From: Pelagomonas calceolata
Lineage: Eukaryota
DNA length: 64,000 bases
Assembly (NCBI GenBank): GCA_918797485.1
Contig: CAKKNE010000002.1
Location: 62,001 to 126,000 of the forward strand
Direction of reading: 5' to 3'
Part shown: positions 49,712 to 58,566 of the stretch, piece by piece
Layout of the letters: the number at the start of each line of letters is the position of its first letter
Position numbering within the stretch: position 1 is the first letter of the stretch
Notes under the pieces: model-generated
Told to the model about the DNA's origin: nothing
The model's input: only the letters and a program-made list of their open reading frames with translations
Database searches by the model: none
Made by a program: the position numbers and the translations under genes

Positions 49712-50203
49712 TTACTTACGCGACCTCTTTTTCTTCTTCTCCTTTTTGCTCTTCTTTTTTTCTTTCTTGCGAGCCTTCTTCGCGCGCTTGCGCTCGCGGC
49801 GCTCGTCTCGCCGCCGCGCCGCCTCGTCGTCGGCGCGCCGCCGTTTGGCTGCGCGCGCCGCATCGTCGTCGTCGTCGTCGGACGAGGAGCCCGAGCTCGA
49901 CGACGACTCGACCGGCGCCATCTCGTAGCCGCGCGGCGGTGCCTTGCGCTTGAGGCCCCAGAAGAGACTCTGCGCGAAGTTGTCGCCGCGGCTGCTGCCG
50001 CCCTGCTTGATAGCGTCGAGGCGCGCCAGCTCCATGACGCCGCGCGCGCGCTCCTCCTGGCGCTCGCGCGCCGCCGCGTCCTCGGCGGCCTCGGCGTCGC
50101 CGGCGTGCGGGTCGTGGCCGATGGTCTTGGACCAGATGTCGTTCGTCTGCAGCGTCGTGCTCGTCATCATGCGGTTGCCGCCGCCGGCGCGGCGGGAGTC
50201 CAT
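49712..50203 (-). CDS. CAX-interacting protein 4-like basic nuclear protein
   Basis: N-terminus NRMMTSTTLQTNDIWSKTIGHDP resembles plant CXIP4 (NRVHSSAALQTHGIWQSAIGYDP); Ser/Asp tract and Lys-rich tail. Confidence 0.65.
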   Translation of the reverse strand: MDSRRAGGGNRMMTSTTLQTNDIWSKTIGHDPHAGDAEAAEDAAARERQEERARGVMELARLDAIKQGGSSRGDNFAQSLFWGLKRKAPPRGYEMAPVESSSSSGSSSDDDDDDAARAAKRRRADDEAARRRDERRERKRAKKARKKEKKKSKKEKKKKRSRK

Positions 50204-50529
50204 TTTATGGGTGCTTAGCTGTGTTAGGAATAAGGGTGGCGTCCTTATATGTGGTAAAAAAAGGCGGTCCACACAAGTAATATAAATATCTATCTAACTG
50301 CGCAGCGCCAAGCGGCGTACGTTGCTTTGCTGTGCAACATCGGGAGGCCTTAGGCTCATTCGCAATAAATCGGGTTTTGCCGGTTTAGCATCGTGCACGG
50401 GTCGCTGCTATACCATTGTACCTAATAAAAAGGCTTACCGCACATCTTGCAGCTTGATAGCTATACAAGCTCGTATATATACGTATACCAGTAGGGCTTA
50501 CTTGTGATACCGCAGTACATACCAAGTTA

Positions 50530-50880
50530 AAACCAAGGGTACAATGGAGTCCCCTCGAGGAGCCCAAGCTACTCGGCTCGGAAGTAGACTTTACGATCTG
50601 CACCGCGCACGACGCCGCAGCGCCAATACGCCGCGCTCGCGAGTTTACACCTTCTCTAGACCGCCACAAGACCACCAAAGATGGTCCGGCGCTCCAAGGA
50701 GATGGGGGCGGCCTCGCGAGTCGCCTCGGAATTCGCTCCGACACCGGCCCCGACATTGAGCACTAATGGGTCCTCCAAGGGCATACCAAAGGGCGCCGCG
50801 TCGCCAAATACCAACTACTGCCAGTACCTGGGTAGTCTCGTCACCGCGCTCTACCGCGCGGCGCGGATTCCGAAACTGAT
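50530..50880 (+). repeat. Copy 3 of shared promoter/5'-leader cassette
   Basis: caagggtacaatggagtcccctcgaggagcccaagc...ggctcggaagtagactt and encoded MVRRSKEMGAASRVASEF...YCQYLGSLVTALYRAARIPKL. Confidence 0.85.
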
Positions 50881-51985
50881 GGGCGGTCCAAAAGTGATTA
50901 TCGATAAGTCAAGTGTCATTGTGTATAAATGCATCAGATTTGTGCTGCTGATTATCGGTCTGGTGGTATGCTCCTGTTACATTTTGCCACTGCATAGAGG
51001 CCCCCGTGCGGTCTTATACAAATACTTTCCCAAGACCAAATCTTCACTCCAGCAAAAATGGATCAATAATGCGCCAGAACGTCATATTAAAGATACTCCG
51101 GTTGATGTATTTTTGCCATATCTCGCCACCGCCCCCGTCATCAACACAACAAGCTTCAAAGCCAATGAAGCAGTAAATGTTGGAAGCGAAACTGTGGATG
51201 AGTACAAGATAATAAATATGGCAAGGCACCTCGAAGCATTAACGAACGCTACAGTTTCATATCAATCAGGCCAACCAAAACTAATGCATGAGGCCCTCGA
51301 CTCCCTGTTTGTAGATATTCTTCCCCACGTTCACCGTGATGGTTCTCCCGTCTCACTCGAACACATTCTCTATTACGGATTATTCACAGAGCGAGGGTCT
51401 TATTTCCCTCGAATTCACTGGGATCTTGATTGGTCCCAATTTCCCACTGCTGATGGATTCCAAATCTGGTTCCTCATGAAAGAAAATGACGGAGAGGGAG
51501 GTAACATGTTCCTAGCTTCGACCGATGACGTGGACAGATATGATCCACCTGTTTATTACATAGCAGCTGATGATGGTAGCATCATAAAAACATTGAACAC
51601 TGCCGGTTCATTCCCAACCCAACCCCTGAAGACATTTGCGGATGTCAATGAATCAGGGCTAGAGTTTCGTTATTTGGACATGCATGCTGGCGATTGTTTG
51701 ATTTTCAGCAAGCGCACATTGCACATGAGCGACCCCGGACCTGCTCTCTCTAATCTCCTTTCTAACCGAGTGGCCTTGAGGTTGGTGGTGCCTCTTCTCA
51801 GCAAGAACAAAGACACGATTCCATTTTTTTCGAACAGCCCAATTGCGAAATTAACCCCCATGAATTCAGGTTTAAAGCACATGGCACTTGAACTAGCTAA
51901 GAAGGCCAAACAGGTTAGCAAAAGTATTATCCACGTGCCGGTCTCCCGTTATGACATGCTAGATTTGTCTGTAACGCCGTGGTGA
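50681..51985 (+). CDS. Membrane-anchored Fe(II)/2-oxoglutarate dioxygenase-like protein (PhyH-type fold) with shared leader
   Basis: HxD (IHWD), FQIWFLM..EGGNM, and distal MHAGDCLIFSKRTLHMS. One TM helix after the leader; intronless and AT-richer than neighbours. Confidence 0.7.
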   Translation: MVRRSKEMGAASRVASEFAPTPAPTLSTNGSSKGIPKGAASPNTNYCQYLGSLVTALYRAARIPKLMGGPKVIIDKSSVIVYKCIRFVLLIIGLVVCSCYILPLHRGPRAVLYKYFPKTKSSLQQKWINNAPERHIKDTPVDVFLPYLATAPVINTTSFKANEAVNVGSETVDEYKIINMARHLEALTNATVSYQSGQPKLMHEALDSLFVDILPHVHRDGSPVSLEHILYYGLFTERGSYFPRIHWDLDWSQFPTADGFQIWFLMKENDGEGGNMFLASTDDVDRYDPPVYYIAADDGSIIKTLNTAGSFPTQPLKTFADVNESGLEFRYLDMHAGDCLIFSKRTLHMSDPGPALSNLLSNRVALRLVVPLLSKNKDTIPFFSNSPIAKLTPMNSGLKHMALELAKKAKQVSKSIIHVPVSRYDMLDLSVTPW

Positions 51986-52614
51986 CTTGGGATCTGTATG
52001 TAGCGCGAACGTCATTCGTCTTACCTTCGAGACGACACCAGCGTGCAACGAGTCTGCGTGAATAGTGTCGCTCCTCGAACTGAACTCCGGCCCTTGCGTC
52101 TCCAAGTCACAGTGAGTTAACTTGAACAAACAATCTTCATGGATAAGTGACGTGCCTCCTAGTTGCAGCCGATTTCGAATAAAAGTTAATAACTACTTGT
52201 TTAAATATAAACAAATAAATAAAGCCTCTCTGAGTAAATTAGAAATCGAGGACAGAGAACATGTCGTTCCACATCACACGCTCGGCGACTCGGGCTTGGC
52301 ACTTTTTGCCTACCGTACTAGTACTTCTAGTACCTGACTTGAAAGGTAAAATAGGAATCGAGGGGCAGAGGACACGGCCGCCACACCACAGCGCTTGGCA
52401 CTTTCGCCCCGTGACCCAGGTCTCCCGAAATAGGACTATATCTCGCCGCTTGGCAGTCACGGTCTCCGCCCAGTGCAGCCCTGGCCCACCAGTGCCGCGG
52501 GCCGCGCCCCCGGCTCCTCAAGGCGACAGAACCACGTAGTTAAAGTTATTGTTACACTGGCAGGCACAAGACAAGTCGGGGTTTCTTGATTGGGGCGTCG
52601 CGCGCACCTCGCAG

Positions 52615-53604
52615 TCATCTATCGTCCTCGTCGTCCGACTCGGAACCCGTCGGCTCGTCGTTGGCCGAGTCGTCGTCGTAGTCGGGCACGCCATTCGACG
52701 GCTCGACGCTATCGCCGCGGTCCCGCGCGGCGCGGGCCACGAGGTCGCCGGCTCGGCTCAGGAGGTCCGCAACGTCGTCGCGTTTTGATTCGGCACCGGC
52801 GAGGTCTGCTTGCGCGGTGGCGCCGAGTTGACGCGCCTCGCGGAGGAGCGCCTCGACGTCGTCGTCCGCGGTCACCGCAGGGCCCGGTTCGTCGTCGTCG
52901 AGACCAGCCAGGCACTCGAGCAGGCCGTCGTCGGAACAGACGCGGCCGTCGAGGCGCGCCGCCTCTCTCGCGCGCGCGACTATTGCATCCTCGTCCTCGT
53001 CGTCAGAGGCAGCGTCCAAAAAGCCCTTTGGCCGGTCAACGAACGCAGGACCCGTCGCGTCGCCGTCGCGTAGAGCTGCGAGTCTTTCGCGGAGGGCCTC
53101 GACCGGCGGCGCTGCGCCCGCCGCCGACGGATTAAGCGCCGCGAGGCGCCGCTCGAGGTCCGACCTTTGGAGCTTTGTGAGCCGCGCCTCGAGGGCGCCG
53201 ACGGTCGGCGCGGCGTCCGTGGCATCCGTCCCGGGCGCCGGTGGCAGCCGCGGTCCGGACTCTTCTGGCGGAGGTCGCGGAGCGGGCGGCTCGGGCGGCT
53301 CGGGCGGCGGCACCGCAGTCGACCGGCGCCGCCGGTGCGCGTCGAGCGCTTCGAAAAGCCCCGCGCCGCGCAGCCGCAGCGTCTCGGTCTTTGGCAGCAC
53401 GCATGCTCGTCGCGCGGCCTCGTAGGCTGCGACGTCTGCGATCTCGACGCGCACGACATCAGAGCCTTCATCATTTATTCGCACCAGCGCCTTTGGGCTG
53501 CCGCCGTCTAGTTTTACTGCTCCACCTTCGACGAATTCGAGTTCTACTCGTCGCCAGTAGCGGCCGCGCCAGCGGCTTTTGTGCTCTTGTTGCGCGGTGA
53601 TCAT
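52615..53604 (-). CDS. Hypothetical protein
   Basis: 329-aa ATG-initiated ORF with host-like GC3-rich codon usage and acidic C-terminus; no family recognised. Confidence 0.6.
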   Translation of the reverse strand: MITAQQEHKSRWRGRYWRRVELEFVEGGAVKLDGGSPKALVRINDEGSDVVRVEIADVAAYEAARRACVLPKTETLRLRGAGLFEALDAHRRRRSTAVPPPEPPEPPAPRPPPEESGPRLPPAPGTDATDAAPTVGALEARLTKLQRSDLERRLAALNPSAAGAAPPVEALRERLAALRDGDATGPAFVDRPKGFLDAASDDEDEDAIVARAREAARLDGRVCSDDGLLECLAGLDDDEPGPAVTADDDVEALLREARQLGATAQADLAGAESKRDDVADLLSRAGDLVARAARDRGDSVEPSNGVPDYDDDSANDEPTGSESDDEDDR

Positions 53605-54170
53605 GGCATTTATTCGAGTGTCAATTGCCTAGCCTTCCTTGCTTATGCAGTGAGTCTCTTCAGGCGGTTCTCTGCTTGTCGTCCGTTCCCACAGCAACGA
53701 CACACTGGAGAAAGCTTGCCTGTTTGCCTTCCAGCCGATCAATGCGACAGCTCTGGCCGGTTTTATTGGTGAATATGTCGTAAAGCCCCAAAACCCGTCA
53801 CGTTTGTCTTTCCTGCACGCCAAAATTCACAAGAACAAGTCACACGCGTCTTTCCTCTACGAAACCTCCTACTTCGGGCTCATGAGGCAGCATACCTTGT
53901 GAGCTTGTGGCAGCTCGATCTGGAGCGTGCAGTGCCGTCCTCCGCTGGACGTCGAACGGTCGCGTTGGGGCAGTAACCCAACTGCTTGGATAGTAAATTG
54001 GCCTGATTCCAGGTCTACGGCCGGCTAGGCTGTGTACCAAGCTTTGACTCTGGGACTGCTGGCACACATCCATAGCCCGTAGCAAGCGATTCGGTCCTGC
54101 GAAGCTGTGGTTCCGCGCTCCATGATGGGTGAGATAGCATCGATCTCTTGAAAAGCGCCTGGCTTCAACG

Positions 54171-55397
54171 ATGCGGATCTGCGTCGGTCTCGTGATCGTC
54201 GCGCGCCTCTCATTCGCATGGGTCCCGCAAGCGCCTTCAAGGCCTTCAAGGCCGACGCCGCGCCGCGCGACGGAAAACGAGAACGACGCGGACTCGTCGC
54301 CGCTCGCCTGGCTGCGTTCGAAACGCGACACCTTCGAGCCAAAGTGGTCCTGGTTAAAGGATCGTAGAGACTTCTCGGACGTGGTCCGCGCTGGCCGCCG
54401 CGCGGAACGAGAACAGCTCGTGCGCGGCCAGCGCGCGATCAAAGAGAGCATCTCGCGCCTCGCGGCGCCGGGCGCGGCCGGCGAGCTGCTGGACTTTCTC
54501 GAAGGGGAGGTAAGGAAAGAGCGCGCCGTGCGGAACGCGACGCTGATCTTCATAAAGGACGAGTGGGCTCGCGAGGAGGCGCTCCGGCGCGAGACGCGCG
54601 CGCGCGAGGAGGCGCTGCGCGAGAGCGCCCTCCGCTTCGTGGACGACGAGTGGGCCCGCGAGGACGAGCTGCGGCGCGATGCTAGGGCGTTCGTCGTCCG
54701 CGGCAGTGCACGAATCATATTTTCGCCTGCTCGACGGCGTGGCGGTGTGGCTCTCTGACTGCGCAACTTGGCTAGCACGGCCACTTCGTCGCGAGATATG
54801 AGTCGCGATGAGTCGCGAAGAGTTGCGCACCCGACTCGCTGTTCGATATGCGCACAGGCCGACGAGTTCGAGCGGCTCGCCGACGCCGACGAGGAGCTGG
54901 CCGCGCGGATCCGGGGCGCGCCGCAGATCACGGTCTGCGCCGCGCCCATCGCCTGCGGCAAGGCCGACGGCCAGCTCGTCCACGACCGCCTCGCGCGGCT
55001 CGCCGCGGGCGAGGCGCTCGCCGGCCGGCCCGCGCCGCTCGTGCGATGCGTCTTGGCCCGTGCGAGAATCATATTTTCACAACGGCGCCTTTTGTGCGAA
55101 CCGCATTGTCGAGAGGGTCCTACGATCGCCGCGAAATGAGCACGTGACAGACCAATTCGCACGCAGGCGACGAAGTGCGCCTCGAACTGCCGCGCGGGCA
55201 AGGTCGCCGTCACGCTCGGCGCGCCGCGCCGCGAGGTTGTCTACTGCGACGCGGCCGCGGCCGCCGCGTGCGAGGACGCGCTCGGCTACTGCGACCCCGC
55301 CGCCGTCGAGGCCGCGCGCGATGAAGACGTGGACCGCCAGCTCGAGGCGATCCTCGAGCGCGGCCGCCGCTCGACACGGCAGAAGAAGCGGCGATGA
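54171..55397 (+). CDS. Signal-peptide protein with helical repeats and C-terminal thioredoxin-like [2Fe-2S] ferredoxin-like Cys domain; introns 54696-54857 and 55050-55166
   Basis: Splicing gives (F.KDEWAREE)-type repeats ..AFV|ADEFERL, then ITVCAAPIACGKADG...LVRC|ATKCASNCRAG; stop TGA 55395-55397. The SFAW motif after the signal peptide suggests plastid targeting. Confidence 0.6.
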
Positions 55398-55532
55398 CGC
55401 TCTCGGCTTTCTTACTCCTTCCTGCCGCGGCACAAGCCTCGGGGGCTTTTCTAATCTGTGCTTGAAAGAATAGCGAGAGAGCTTGTTACTAAATGGGTGC
55501 GAAAAAAATCCGCCAACGGGCACACGATATAT

Positions 55533-56445
55533 TCAGACGACTTCGGCGCCGGCGTTGAGGCGCGTGGCCGACGGGTGCGGCGACCCCATGCCGTCGCCGC
55601 TCGCCGCGAAGCCTCGCCTCTCGACGACGGACTCGCGCGCCGCCGCGCCGCCCTTGGGGATGAGCGTCTGCGTGGCGTCGAGGAGGTCGTCGAAGGAAAC
55701 GGCGTCGTCCTCGTTGAAGTGGAACATGTTCGTGATGGACCGGTAGGACTTCCACGTCATGTAGATCGAGTACGCGAGGACGGCCGTCGACGCCTGTGTG
55801 GAAATCAACCAGTGTGTTCGGTGCACCGGACAATTCTTCACTAAGTCACCTCGCGGCGATGGCGCGGCTGTCCTGGCTCGGTCGAGCGGCGAGGAACCGG
55901 CATCGCCACGCCATCGAGCAGGCGTCGCGTCGATGGCGTGGAGGACGACGCGGCGATTCAGCACGAACGCGCCGTAAAATTTTGATTTCCACACAGGTCG
56001 ACGCGGCCGCCGCCTCGACGTTCATGAGGATCCACGAGCCGAAGATGGCCGTGACGAGGAGCGCCATCATGCCGAGCCCGAAGAGCGCGAACACGTTCCG
56101 CCGCAGCTGGTACATGCCGTCGACCGCGCGCGCCATCGAGCCGTCGGGCCCGCGCATCGCGAGGCCCGTGCCCCAGACGGACAGGAACGTCGTGTTCGCG
56201 ACGCACAGGATGTTCGCCGCGAGCGACACGATCGACGACACGTAGTACGCGAACTTCGTCGCGCGGTTCGTGTCCGGCGGGCAGTCGAACTCGATGAACG
56301 CCGTCACGGTGAAGCCCGCCAGCACCGCGGCTTGCGTGCCGACGGCGTTGAAATTCCCATGGTGCAGGTTGAACTCCTTCTCCTTGAGGGCGATGGAGTT
56401 TTGTCGTATTGAGGACTGGAGCAGGAGCTTGTCGGCTGCGAGCAT
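55533..56445 (-). CDS. Four-TM membrane protein, Orai (CRAC channel)-like; GC-AG introner intron 55794-56004
   Basis: TM1 TQAAVLAGFTVTAFIE resembles Orai TSALLSGFAMVAMVE. Removing 55794-56004 joins the two ORFs in phase 0 (NVEAAA|ASTAVLAYS), giving 233 aa. Confidence 0.65.
55794..55996. mobile_element. Intact introner element (non-autonomous DNA transposon)
   Basis: 203 bp, perfect 15-bp terminal inverted repeats (TIRs) CTGTGTGGAAATCAA / TTGATTTCCACACAG, and perfect 8-bp TSD GTCGACGC at 55786-55793 and 55997-56004. Confidence 0.95.
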
Positions 56446-57341
56446 AGTTACTGTAGGCCTGGGTTGCTAGCCCCCTGCCGCGTCGCTGCTACAGCGAGGA
56501 CGCGATTGTCGCGGCCAGATAGTACGATAGGGTTAGCTATGCCGTAACGACGCGATGCGTAATTAAGGAGCTATGCCGTGTCTAGGCAAAAAGTCATACG
56601 TATACCTCGAGGTATACATACTATTAGCTAGGATGTGGGGCACATCAACGTATTTAGCGGCCTAGTGTTCTAGGAGCCCTATCCATGATCTGTTGGTCCC
56701 TCTGGGTATTTCTCAGCTAGCTGGTCATTTTATTGCTAGCCATATTTACATATGTTCATCCCCAAGGACAAGTCACTGTGGCGACATTTGTCGTTTACAC
56801 AAAGAGGCACCATGTGCCTGAGAAATTTTCTCAACGCTGGCTTCCAGCACCATAGGGTCTATTATGGCACCAAACACAACCCAGGTTATTCCTGGGCTGC
56901 CCTTACTAAGGGGATATCGGAGTACCCTAGGATGGGAAGTAGCCTAGGCGGGTAATACAAGTACGGGTTGTGCTTGGATACGTCTCAGTTGAACCTTGGG
57001 ATCCTACTAGACGTGTATTTCCATTGCAAGGAAACTAGGGTAAGCTGAATCCGCAGTATGCGTGTTTTATGGCGATCCTCTGCTACCCTGTACTACTACT
57101 TAGAGCAAGCAAAGATGAATATCAGAATCCTTTGATCACTAAACGACTGATAAATTTAGTATCTCATACTTCCTCTGGTACTGACGGTATACTTATCTCA
57201 CCATCTGGGCTGCCCGCAATGATGCTGCCCATGCTGCCCACGAAAGCACTCTAGTAATTCGACGGGCAGCAGCAAACATACGAGCTGCTATATCCTCGCC
57301 CTCGTTCGAGGAGCCAGCGTCGACGCCACCGCTGCGCATAG

Positions 57342-58418
57342 ATGGCATCCCAATGGGCCAACTCAAACTTAAAACGTAGTAGCGGTGCAATGCCGCGCGG
57401 TCTGCTGATGCTGAGCCTGTACATTGCAGCCACGAATGCTAGAAATAATGAATCACCGACGCTGCATGTCGTCGCACCAGTCCACGCTGCGATCACGAAC
57501 GCAAGCATAGAAGTGATGCTGAACTGCTTCCTCGCGCAGACGAGCCGCGACTGGGCCCTCACGGTGGTAGGTGACGGCTACGATGCGCGCGCCGCGGCGG
57601 TCGTCGGGCGCTACACCGACCCGCGGATAAACTACGCGGCGACGGACCGCGCCTACGGCGACCACGGCCACACGCCGCGCGAGCTGGGCCTCGGCCTCGG
57701 CGAGAGCCCGTGGACGGTGCTGACGGGCGTCGACAACTACTACGTGCCGCTCTTCGTCGAGACCGTGGTCGAAAAAATCCGCGCCAACCCAAACGCGGGC
57801 CTCGTCTACTACGACTTTTTGCTGGACATGAAGGGCGAGCTCGCCGCGGGCGCCGCGTACGACGCGGCCCTCCGCGCCTACGGTGACGCTCCGGCTGAAG
57901 AAGATCCCGAGGCCGTCGTCGTCCGGCCGCTGCTCGACGGCCGCGTCGCGGAGATCCGCTTCCGGCGCGGCGACGACGTGGCGGCTGTCGCGCGCGATTT
58001 TGTGGCGGCCGAGGGCCTGAATAGTGGCGGCGGCTGTGATGATGCCGCATGCGTCGTGGACGGTGCGGAAACATGAACTTTACCCAGCCTCACCGGTCGA
58101 TCCACGCAGGTCGCAGACCTCCTCGCGGGCCACATGGCCTCGGAAGCCGCGCGTCCGCCCGGCTCGGGGGGCGCTATCGGGGGCGGCCGGCCCCGCGCGC
58201 TGCCGCCGTACTCGGGCCACATCGACGCGACGCTCGACGAGTCGGGGCGCCTCGACGTCGGCGCCGTGGCCGTACGAACCGACGTGGCGCGCCGCGTCGG
58301 CTTTGGGTGGCGCCACCACGCGGCCGACTTTTCGTACGTCCGCGCGGTGCTCGAAGAGCTCGCACGCGTCGGCCTCGAGGCGCTCAAGCTCCCGCAGACG
58401 CTCTACGTCCACAACTAG
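57342..58418 (+). CDS. GT-A fold (GT2-like) glycosyltransferase, intron 58053-58109
   Basis: VVAPVH..CFLAQT..W.LTVVGDG, YGDHGHTPRELGL, GVDNYYVP; after splicing ...LDVGAVAVRT...GF.WRHHAADF. Start codon uncertain. Confidence 0.7.
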
Positions 58419-58566
58419 TGAATTCTTGTGTAATGGGTTTGTGTAATTGTTGTAGCTCACTCTTTAAATACTCACGGACGTCGCCTCGGAGAAGTCCTCG
58501 GACTCGAGTCGGAGCGAAATCTCGGGCGCCGACTCGGACTCGGACGACGTAAAGCAAAGGCCGGAC

